Positions 49,751 through 57,746 of a DNA stretch of 64,000 nucleotides are shown here, piece after piece. Source of the DNA: a candidate division WOR-3 bacterium (GTDB lineage: Bacteria > Hydrothermota > Tepidihabitantia > SM23-42); the NCBI GenBank assembly GCA_029858255.1, contig JAOUFJ010000006.1, forward strand, positions 4,285 to 68,284. The letters are read 5' to 3'. Position 1 is the stretch's first letter; each line of letters begins with the position of its first letter. The position numbers and the translations under genes were made by a program. The notes under the pieces were generated by a model. The model ran no database searches and was not told where the DNA came from. It saw only the letters and a program-made list of their open reading frames with translations.

Positions 49751-49810
49751 AACTCCTGCAATAACGCAGATTCTTAACAACATTATTTCAGGGCGATTTT
49801 TGGAGAACTA

Positions 49811-50794
49811 ATGAAGAAAACCGACCTCAATGATATTGACGAGCTCCGGAAAAGTTATATAGGGATGCGTGATGAAATCGGCAAACTTATCATCGGTCAG
49901 AAAGAAGTGATCGACCAGGTCCTGGCGTGTCTGTTTTGTAATGGCCATTCTTTGATAATAGGGGTGCCGGGCCTGGCAAAAACGATGCTTGTCAATACTA
50001 TCGCGGACATCCTTGCCCTTACATTTAACCGGATCCAGTTCACCCCTGATCTAATGCCCGCCGACATAACCGGCACGCAGGTAATTGAGGAAGATCTGAG
50101 CACCGGCCGAAGAAATTTCCGTTTTGTCAAGGGGCCTATTTTTGCAAATGTCATTCTGGCCGATGAGATCAACCGCGCTCCACCCAAAACGCAATCGGCT
50201 TTGCTGCAGGCAATGCAGGAATACAAGGTCACTTATGGCGGTGAGACACACAGTCTGTCCTTGCCTTTCTTTGTGCTGGCAACACAGAACCCGATCGAGC
50301 AGGAGGGCACTTACCCACTGCCTGAGGCACAGCTAGACCGCTTCATGTTCACGATTTTCATAGAATATCCATCCTCAGAGGAAGAGGTCGAGATCGTCCG
50401 GACCACAACTTCGGCTTATGAGGTCGATCTGGAGAAAGTGCTCGACGGGAGCAAAGTCCTCCGTTTTCAGAAACTAATAAGGAAAATGCCGGTTGCTGAT
50501 GATATCATCGAAAAAGTGGTCCGGCTGGTTTCCTTGACCAGGCCGAATCATGCGAGTGCTCCACAAAATGTGAGGAATTATGTCAGTTGGGGCGCAGGAC
50601 CACGTGCTTCCCAGTATCTCATCCTGGGCGCGAAGGCCGTTGCTGCCCTTGACGGTCGGTACTCACCAAACCTCGAGGACGTTAGAAGCGTTGCCCGGCC
50701 GGTATTGAGGCACCGGGTCATCACCAATTTCGCCGCCGAAGCTGAAGGGGTGAAGTCGGACAACATAATCGAAGAGCTTCTGCAAGCTCTCTGA
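49811..50794 (+). CDS. MoxR-family AAA+ ATPase
   Basis: Walker A GVPGLAKT, Walker B ILADEINRA, sensor regions. 327 aa, typical MoxR length and start. No adjacent VWA-domain partner. Confidence 0.9.
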   Translation: MKKTDLNDIDELRKSYIGMRDEIGKLIIGQKEVIDQVLACLFCNGHSLIIGVPGLAKTMLVNTIADILALTFNRIQFTPDLMPADITGTQVIEEDLSTGRRNFRFVKGPIFANVILADEINRAPPKTQSALLQAMQEYKVTYGGETHSLSLPFFVLATQNPIEQEGTYPLPEAQLDRFMFTIFIEYPSSEEEVEIVRTTTSAYEVDLEKVLDGSKVLRFQKLIRKMPVADDIIEKVVRLVSLTRPNHASAPQNVRNYVSWGAGPRASQYLILGAKAVAALDGRYSPNLEDVRSVARPVLRHRVITNFAAEAEGVKSDNIIEELLQAL

Positions 50795-50806
50795 TTTCAG
50801 CGTGGT

Positions 50807-51661
50807 CTATTTGATGATTATTGAAGGATTCAGATTGAACAAGACAGTAAGTACTCCGATAAATACAAAATAAATCACGAAAACACGCTTCTCACTGAGA
50901 GGCTTCTGGATGCATACATGGCCGCTGGCCAGACCCAGGGGGATGCAAATGGCAAAGAGCAATGAATATTGAAGTATGACTGCCACGGAAACGTAGGATA
51001 GTAATATCAGTACAGCATTTACGAGTCTCCCTCTTTCAAGTCCAATCAAGGTAAACAGCGTCGTTGTGTCTGTTCTGCGGTCACCTTGATAGTCTGCAAG
51101 GTCTCGGAAGTTCAGGGCTAGAAAAAGAGGTACCATGATGAATAATGACGCTCTCAGAGGAAATGATAGAAATGGCCTCGATGCTTCGTAGAGACTGTAT
51201 CCGGCGATCGCTGCGAGTAATGCCCCCAGCGCAAGCAGGAATATCGATAGTGGATAGAAGCGTTTCAGCCGAAATGGTTTCGAGGAATATGCAAAGTGCA
51301 GGATATTGCCGAGTATGACAATAAGCAGGGTGCGGTAGCCGGTACCCAGTGCCAGCAAAATGGAGATCACGAGGCACACTACTGCAATTTGCAGGTATGC
51401 CCCCACTGAAACGTATCCGCAATTGATCGGTGTGCGTCTTTTTACTATCGCATCAGCCCTGACGTCGTTGACGTCGTTCAGAATCACCGAAGCCTGGAAG
51501 GAGAAGAATACGGACAGAAGAATGAGGCAACTATTCAGTAAATAGATCGGTTCGTTGAATGTCTTTGCACCCAGAAAGATACCGAAGGCGGTCGGAAAAA
51601 GATAATGTACTGCGATATATGGCCTTGAGCCGAAAAACAGACAGCGGATGATCCTAATCAT
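50807..51661 (-). CDS. UbiA-family prenyltransferase
   Basis: 8-9 TMs. First Asp-rich motif NDVNDVRADAI (NDxxDxxxD) on a cytoplasmic loop. 284 aa. 8-bp overlap with the upstream TPR membrane-protein gene. Confidence 0.65.
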   Translation of the reverse strand: MIRIIRCLFFGSRPYIAVHYLFPTAFGIFLGAKTFNEPIYLLNSCLILLSVFFSFQASVILNDVNDVRADAIVKRRTPINCGYVSVGAYLQIAVVCLVISILLALGTGYRTLLIVILGNILHFAYSSKPFRLKRFYPLSIFLLALGALLAAIAGYSLYEASRPFLSFPLRASLFIMVPLFLALNFRDLADYQGDRRTDTTTLFTLIGLERGRLVNAVLILLSYVSVAVILQYSLLFAICIPLGLASGHVCIQKPLSEKRVFVIYFVFIGVLTVLFNLNPSIIIK

Positions 51662-53726
51662 TTGTCAGTATCCCATCAAGTGCGATTCTGGCCTGGGTAA
51701 AGCCAGGATTGACTTTCAGCGCGTCCGAATACATGTTTATTGCTTCTTCATTCCGGCCAAAAGCTTGCGCGATCAGGCCAAGATTATAATACGCCTCAGC
51801 CTGGAGCGGATTGATTTTCAGCGATTTCCTAAAATGATCCTCAGCTTTCTTATATTCCTTTTTCATCATATAGATGGCGCCGAGATTATTGTACAGTGCA
51901 TCAATATCAGGATCGAGGACCAACGCATCGAGGAACGCCTGCTCGGCTTCAGAGAGATCACCTTTGGCATAGTACGCCATACCCCTGCCTGCATATGCTA
52001 GTGTCGACCGTCCATTATCGTATATTGCTCTGTCGTACTCTATTATCGCTTCTTCGTAATTACCTGATTGTAGAAAACAATCTCCCCGTATCTGGTGAAA
52101 TCGTGCCCGGTGCATGCCGTGCTTTTTCCCGGCAAGTAAGAATGCATCCATCTGTACTTCTGAACCCCTACGAGCCGCTGCTTGAGCGAGCAGGGTAAGG
52201 AATTCAGCGGGTTCGATATTTTCACTTACAGCATGACGATATAAACGGTCAGCCTTATCCTGCATGCCTTTTTGCATGTACGCTTGCCCCAGGGAGAGTA
52301 TGGTTTCGTAATCGAGGCGGTCGACTGCCTGGAGTATAGCAATGCCTTCATCGCTTCTACCTTTATGAAGATATGATTGACCGAGTCTCTTTCTGATCTC
52401 ATCCGTTTTCTCGAATGAATAGGCGATCTCGTAATGTCTTATTGCATCGCTATGATCACCGTTGATGAAATAGTCCCAGCCCGTGATTTTGTGGCCATGC
52501 GCTTCAATTCTGGCATGGTCATAGGGGATGATACATGACAATGTGGTTTCCTGGAAGATGATTGCGAATCCAGCGATGAAGGACAGTACAGAACCTACTC
52601 CGACAGTCATGTATTTCGACAAAAAACGGTTGGAAATTGTTTGCTCCAGCTTTGGAGCGAGGTAGGTGGCATAAACGAAGTACGAAAGAATTACAAAGAA
52701 AAAAGTCAATCCGATCGCGAGTGCTGCGAAAAGAGCGGAAATCGACAGAAGGATGAATGGGAATGATGATTTGTCTCTGATCGAGGCCAGCTTTGCCGTA
52801 TGAACAGTGAATAGCGCAGCGAGTAAGATAAGATAGTGTATCGGACTGATAAAGATGAATGGGAAATATGGACTGACCAGGACGACGGCGTAAGCAAGGC
52901 CCAACAGCGTGCCGATGATCAGCAGAAGGGATTTTCTGATTTCCAGTATGTCGTGGGCAAGTTCACGATCGTATTTTCTCACGACAAACCAACCGATGAC
53001 GACTGTCGAACAGATGAAAATGATCGAATAATTCTGACTGTCAACGTTCAGTATGCCGGCGGAGATGATTGTTCGGTAGTGTAATTGGGTAAACCCTAGA
53101 GACGAAGGGATCTGCGCGATCGTGTTGGGCAATGCACCGTGAATGAAAATGATCAAATATGAAATAACGGGTGCAATGAGGGTTTTCAGGATACTCCTCG
53201 TTTTTGTGAAGACATACATGCTGGCACCGAAAAGGATGGCTACGATCTCGATGCGTTGGCCCCAGCTCGCCTGGAGCAATTCCTGTCTGAAGTCAAAGAG
53301 TCGGTAAATTTGTGTGAATTCTTCGATTCCTTTCAAATAGGTCAGTGTGTACCCGCTGCCGCGTGATACGATTATGTCGATGAAAGGGGTGATTACGATC
53401 ACTGACAGACCGATAAGCAGGGGTTTCGCGATGATATCCGGCTTTTCTTTCGTCATTAGCAGGAAGAAGAAAAGGAACCAGATGTAGAGTGAGATGTAGA
53501 ATAGCGGGAAATGTGAGAAGATCATAAAAAAGGAATTTTCAGTGATGGGGGAGAAGCCGAATGTCTGGGTACCTTCGAACGCGCTCTCAAAGATATTGCG
53601 GACAGTTATTATGGAAAATAGACCTATGAGTCCGAGGTGAAAAGAATACTTTTCTTCTTCGAGTCTATTGATTATTGATTTAATGCTTGCACCTCTTTCT
53701 GTGCAATAAGAAAAAGGGGGAGTCAC
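51654..53726 (-). CDS. integral membrane protein (about 11 TMs) with C-terminal tetratricopeptide repeats
   Basis: The N-terminal 430 aa are polytopic. The C-terminal 250 aa hold at least 5 TPR units (AYYNLGLIAQAFGRNEEAINMYSDALKVNP etc.). The N-terminal region is paralogous to the partial ORF at 63406. The annotated GTG start lies inside the upstream terminator hairpin. The next in-frame ATG (at the MIFSHF residues) would remove part of the conserved region. Confidence 0.6.
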   Translation of the reverse strand: MTPPFSYCTERGASIKSIINRLEEEKYSFHLGLIGLFSIITVRNIFESAFEGTQTFGFSPITENSFFMIFSHFPLFYISLYIWFLFFFLLMTKEKPDIIAKPLLIGLSVIVITPFIDIIVSRGSGYTLTYLKGIEEFTQIYRLFDFRQELLQASWGQRIEIVAILFGASMYVFTKTRSILKTLIAPVISYLIIFIHGALPNTIAQIPSSLGFTQLHYRTIISAGILNVDSQNYSIIFICSTVVIGWFVVRKYDRELAHDILEIRKSLLLIIGTLLGLAYAVVLVSPYFPFIFISPIHYLILLAALFTVHTAKLASIRDKSSFPFILLSISALFAALAIGLTFFFVILSYFVYATYLAPKLEQTISNRFLSKYMTVGVGSVLSFIAGFAIIFQETTLSCIIPYDHARIEAHGHKITGWDYFINGDHSDAIRHYEIAYSFEKTDEIRKRLGQSYLHKGRSDEGIAILQAVDRLDYETILSLGQAYMQKGMQDKADRLYRHAVSENIEPAEFLTLLAQAAARRGSEVQMDAFLLAGKKHGMHRARFHQIRGDCFLQSGNYEEAIIEYDRAIYDNGRSTLAYAGRGMAYYAKGDLSEAEQAFLDALVLDPDIDALYNNLGAIYMMKKEYKKAEDHFRKSLKINPLQAEAYYNLGLIAQAFGRNEEAINMYSDALKVNPGFTQARIALDGILTND

Positions 53727-53737
53727 CTCCCCCTTTT
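53716..53737 (-). terminator. rho-independent terminator after the BNR/CTD gene (minus strand)
   Basis: Minus strand reads GGGGGAG-gtga-CTCCCCC followed by TTTTTCTTATT. Plus-strand stem at 53716-53722 / 53727-53733. Confidence 0.75.
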
Positions 53738-53751
53738 GCGTGGTTCTTTTT

Positions 53752-55491
53752 CTATTCGAGAATCACTTTTCTCGTGGCGTCGACATCATCGTATTCCAAT
53801 TTTAGGAAGTACACACCTTTTGGTAAATCGGCGCCTACATTGTCTTTACCGTTCCAGGACACAGTGTACGTGCCCGCGGTTTTGTGTTCATGGACCACCG
53901 TTGCGACATGTTGGCCTATCGCGTTGAACGCACGGATTGAAACCATTCCACTGACCGGAACCGTGTATGAGAAACGGGTCATGGAAATGAACGGATTCGG
54001 ATAGCTCGGCCCCAGAAGGTTTCTTGGCGCGACGATCTTGTTTTCCTCGACCCCGGTATTTGACCAGGCATCAAAATAGACATTGTCGCCGCCTTCACCG
54101 ACGTAAGCGAGCGCCGGAACTCCGGGCGCCTGGAAGGTCTGGATCGGCCTTGTGAATTCGGGCACCGAGTCATTGAACGTGTCTGGCTGTGCCCAGCTGC
54201 TGTCTGTATCCCATACAGTAGTATGTATGATCTGTCCGGTCCAGGTTGTGTCGTTCTCAGTAATTATGAAGCTGAGGTATGGAGTGTAGTGGGTAGCCGA
54301 ATCGTAAACGACGATGCTTGGCAGAACTTCGTGCTTGAAGTAGGAAGACACGAACGCAGGTGACGACCATGCGCCGCCTTCGTCTTGTGTCCAGGAATAC
54401 CACAGGTCATAGTCATATGGTGTGCCAGACCAGCGCCTCGGCCAGACGACCCAGGCATCGTCCGTGCCATCGTGAGAAGCCGCGATCTGTGGGCCGTGTT
54501 TAATTAACGTATCGGTTTGAACGACCTGAGAGCTAGCCCAGTTGGTACCGTAGTTTGTGCTGACGCGGGTTTGTATGTTCTTGTTGCCACCGGTCGGTCT
54601 GTAGAGATAAGCCTCGAAAATGGTACCGCCGCTGCCGTAGGTGATGTCCGGATAACCGGACCCGCTAAATTGAAGCTGCGTGGCTGCTTCCCAGGTTGTG
54701 CCATAATCGACCGTGCTGGTCCACCAGATTCCGTCCTGACCTGGACCCCCGAGAGATTTATGGTACGCGCAATAAACATAGTAGCCGGACGGCCAGTCTG
54801 CCCGGTCTGAGCAAACCGAGTAATTGGTGACTGTGTCTGCGGTGCTCTCGATCCCCGTGCCGCTCAGCGTGCCCGTATCGTCGTACCTGGCACCATAAAG
54901 ATTACCGTTGCCCAGGGAATTGCGGACGATGATGTGGTAATAACTGCCGGTTGGGCCATGGATGATTTCGGGTTCATATACCGCAGACGGCGTAGTGAAA
55001 AAGAAGCCGTGTTCGTATGCCCAACTCAGTCCGTTATCTAACGAGATGAATACCCTCACCAACGAGTCAAGGCATGCGACAACTGCGCGGACCGTATCAC
55101 CGCGGTGATAATCAACCGATATCGCTTCGTCATCAACGTCTGCAACCATAGCCCAGCTGTTGTAATTGACCTGTCCACTGTATATTATCTTATCATCACC
55201 CCATCTCAAGAGCGGGTCGTCTTCCGGCTTAACATTGATGACGTCTGGGAGCCTGTATTCATCCGCTGGCAGCGACATGCTCTTGTATTCTTCGAGCAAT
55301 TTATTGTAGGTTTCCATATCCTGATTCTTTCTGGCTTCCATCAGGCGCTCGACAAGCGGATGAACTTCAGGAAAAAGGTCAGCGCCGATCGCTGGTTCAG
55401 GATTCTGTATGGTGACGTCATCGGAAATGTTCTTCTGCGGCGCTGCAAACGCAACTGCACATATTGCCAACATAATTACCACTTTGTTCAT
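53752..55491 (-). CDS. secreted BNR-repeat (sialidase-like beta-propeller) protein with T9SS C-terminal sorting domain
   Basis: Signal peptide. BNR-type motifs (YGTTWEAATQ, TNYGTNWAS, DEGGAWSSP). C-terminus PNPF...VSIRAFNAIGQHV...GVYFLKLEYDDVDATRKVILE is CTD-like. Confidence 0.7.
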   Translation of the reverse strand: MNKVVIMLAICAVAFAAPQKNISDDVTIQNPEPAIGADLFPEVHPLVERLMEARKNQDMETYNKLLEEYKSMSLPADEYRLPDVINVKPEDDPLLRWGDDKIIYSGQVNYNSWAMVADVDDEAISVDYHRGDTVRAVVACLDSLVRVFISLDNGLSWAYEHGFFFTTPSAVYEPEIIHGPTGSYYHIIVRNSLGNGNLYGARYDDTGTLSGTGIESTADTVTNYSVCSDRADWPSGYYVYCAYHKSLGGPGQDGIWWTSTVDYGTTWEAATQLQFSGSGYPDITYGSGGTIFEAYLYRPTGGNKNIQTRVSTNYGTNWASSQVVQTDTLIKHGPQIAASHDGTDDAWVVWPRRWSGTPYDYDLWYSWTQDEGGAWSSPAFVSSYFKHEVLPSIVVYDSATHYTPYLSFIITENDTTWTGQIIHTTVWDTDSSWAQPDTFNDSVPEFTRPIQTFQAPGVPALAYVGEGGDNVYFDAWSNTGVEENKIVAPRNLLGPSYPNPFISMTRFSYTVPVSGMVSIRAFNAIGQHVATVVHEHKTAGTYTVSWNGKDNVGADLPKGVYFLKLEYDDVDATRKVILE

Positions 55492-55735
55492 TGATCCTCC
55501 TTGTAGTACGTGAAAAACAGACTGTAACTTGTTTGCCCCAATATCACCCCCTTTTGTTTTTGATGTATTTTTTACTATTTGATTATTATATTGAACGAGG
55601 ATTAAATGTCAAGATTTTTCTATGGTTTCCTGTCAGCAACGGGTGTGCAATATCGTGCGATATTATTACGGTACACAGATTTCGTTTTCCTTTTATTCTC
55701 GATGTATAGGTTTTGCAGATATTTTGAAGTAGAAA

Positions 55736-55789
55736 GGGACAGCATTGCTGTCCCTTTTCTCTATTCTGGTGAGTGCATACAATGCACTC
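55736..55789 (-). terminator. tandem hairpins downstream of the second BNR/CTD gene (candidate terminator)
   Basis: Hairpin GAGTGCA-tacaa-TGCACTC at 55771-55789 and hairpin GGGACAGC-att-GCTGTCCC at 55736-55754. T-rich flanks are present but less ideal on the minus strand. Confidence 0.45.
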
Positions 55790-55797
55790 GGTTGTTG

Positions 55798-57462
55798 TTA
55801 TCTTACAACGGTCATTGTTTGGGTACCGACACCCTCAGGAGCTTCTACTCGCACAAAATAGATGCCAGCAGAGATATTTCTGGCTTCAATGTTGACCGAG
55901 TGGTCACCCGCCGTCATTGTCTGGTCGACGAGTGTATTGACCATCCTGCCTGCTGCATCATAGAGCGAGACGCTGACATGTCCTGGAGTACGAATCGTGA
56001 ATGAGAGCCTTGCTATGTTTCGGGATATGGTAGGTGTCAAGAGCAGGTTTCTGATGGACGGTTCAGTTACGGGATATTCCTGTACTGCCGTGTTCCAATA
56101 ATAGTCAAACCAAATAGCATTGTATCCACAATAGACTATCGCGCCGCCGCCAGCTGCTAGCACGTAGTTGACCGATGGCGCAGTGCCAACCTTGGACAGA
56201 TGATCGCTGAGATTTTGAGTTGTGGTCCAGCTTCCGTACTGGCAGAATTGATAATCGACCCTTGTATCTGCCATGGTTGTCTGCGTATTATACACTGCGC
56301 GCGCCTGATTTGCGGCGTCCGAACCAACCAGGAGCTCAAAATATTTTTCATCGCGTGCCGGGTCGTTGGCCAGGTCTATATCAGGGAACAAGCTGTCATT
56401 GCGCCACGCGATGCCATCGTAGGAGTAATCCCACACAAGATTCCAGTCGCCGGAGTTGTTAAGGTTCTCTTCGGCAACCACCCATGCCGTATCACTGTCA
56501 TAGAAACCGGTGATCTGGCCGTTGACATCATCCGAAAGCCCGCGGAAATTATGGGTGTGAGGCGTGATTCCTTCCCAACCGGCAAAACCCTGGTAGTCAT
56601 TGCCTTTTGAGTAGGTGACAGGACCATTGTCCCAGACGATGTATGACCAGATTTCAGGCGCCGCAAGCATCCTGATATCGGGGTTGTGCACTGTTTGACC
56701 ACTGAGCACATTGTAAGACGAGGTCCATGTGGCTCCATAATCGCTCGATGCCCTGAATCTGAGTATTGTGTCGTACACGCAGTATGCCATGTACATGTAT
56801 TCCGAGCCAGGCAGCTCGAGTTGATCTAATGCCGGATCGAAAACAAATCCTGTCGTAACCTCGACCCAGTTAGTCGTTCCGGCAGTTATGTTGTATCTCA
56901 GCAACCAGATATCATCGTCCTGGGCATTGCACATCACAAAGATGAATGTGGAATCACTTTCATCCTCAAGGACGACATCGATATTATAGATCTCTGTTGT
57001 GTCGTCGACCGATGCGTCGAGGATCCAGCTCCAGGATTCTCCGTTATTCGTTGACCTGCATATCGTGATGGAAGAATTAGCACTGATGAGCGGTCCCATA
57101 TACTTGTAGACGACATATAGCGTGCCGTCAGATGACTTGAGGAGTTTGCTGTCAGTTGCAAGCGTGTCATCGATAACCAACACATCCGTTCCCCAGTCAG
57201 GATTGGTCCCACTGCCATGTCTCTCTGTTTGTATGATTCCAGGGATCCGTGTGTTGGATGTTACATCACACTCAGCGTTGTAAGGTACAGTGGATTCGAT
57301 GTATGGCGTACCTCCAGTCTCGATCAGTGTTCTGTCTCCCGCCTTTACGGGGGCAGGGGTTACTTCACTTACACCGTAGATTTCCTGATCACTTGCTGGT
57401 TGTGCGATGCTCATCGCAGTCAAAGCCAACACGCTAATAACAATATAAGACACATACTTCAT
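55798..57462 (-). CDS. secreted BNR-repeat protein with T9SS C-terminal sorting domain (paralog of 53752..55491)
   Basis: Signal peptide. BNR motifs (RSTNNGESWSW, SSDYGATWTSS). C-terminus (LLLTPTISRNIARLSFTIRTPGHVSVSLYDAAGRMV...GIYFVRVEAPEGVGTQTMTVVR) is CTD-like. Confidence 0.7.
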   Translation of the reverse strand: MKYVSYIVISVLALTAMSIAQPASDQEIYGVSEVTPAPVKAGDRTLIETGGTPYIESTVPYNAECDVTSNTRIPGIIQTERHGSGTNPDWGTDVLVIDDTLATDSKLLKSSDGTLYVVYKYMGPLISANSSITICRSTNNGESWSWILDASVDDTTEIYNIDVVLEDESDSTFIFVMCNAQDDDIWLLRYNITAGTTNWVEVTTGFVFDPALDQLELPGSEYMYMAYCVYDTILRFRASSDYGATWTSSYNVLSGQTVHNPDIRMLAAPEIWSYIVWDNGPVTYSKGNDYQGFAGWEGITPHTHNFRGLSDDVNGQITGFYDSDTAWVVAEENLNNSGDWNLVWDYSYDGIAWRNDSLFPDIDLANDPARDEKYFELLVGSDAANQARAVYNTQTTMADTRVDYQFCQYGSWTTTQNLSDHLSKVGTAPSVNYVLAAGGGAIVYCGYNAIWFDYYWNTAVQEYPVTEPSIRNLLLTPTISRNIARLSFTIRTPGHVSVSLYDAAGRMVNTLVDQTMTAGDHSVNIEARNISAGIYFVRVEAPEGVGTQTMTVVR

Positions 57463-57700
57463 TTTGCTCCTTTCTGTTGATTGATCACGTGACCTATTTC
57501 TATTCGTTGTGTTTATCCATCACCTCCTTCCCCTTTGAAGATACGCATGATCTGATATGTCAAATCAAAACACGCGTTTTTATACATTATTACTCTCTGC
57601 GCCAAAACAACTCTAAGATTATAACGAATTTTTGGGTATGTGTCAAGCTTGTTATGATGCGCGAATATTCAACATACTATTTGCAGATGCGTAAGAAAAT

Positions 57701-57719
57701 GGGGCGGTTTTGCCGCCCC
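57701..57719 (-). terminator. rho-independent terminator at the end of the serC-like/serA/DUF1015 operon
   Basis: Plus strand GGGGCGG-ttttg-CCGCCCC. On the minus strand the hairpin is followed by ATTTTCTTAC. Lies 28 nt past the DUF1015 stop. Confidence 0.7.
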
Positions 57720-57746
57720 ATTCCAATGATTATTCTTGGTTTACGG

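Noticed and set aside
57481-57495. E-box-like palindrome TCACGTGA upstream of the BNR/CTD gene
   Set aside because: A single 8-bp palindrome. It is mentioned within a finding but is too short to annotate as a feature without a second copy.
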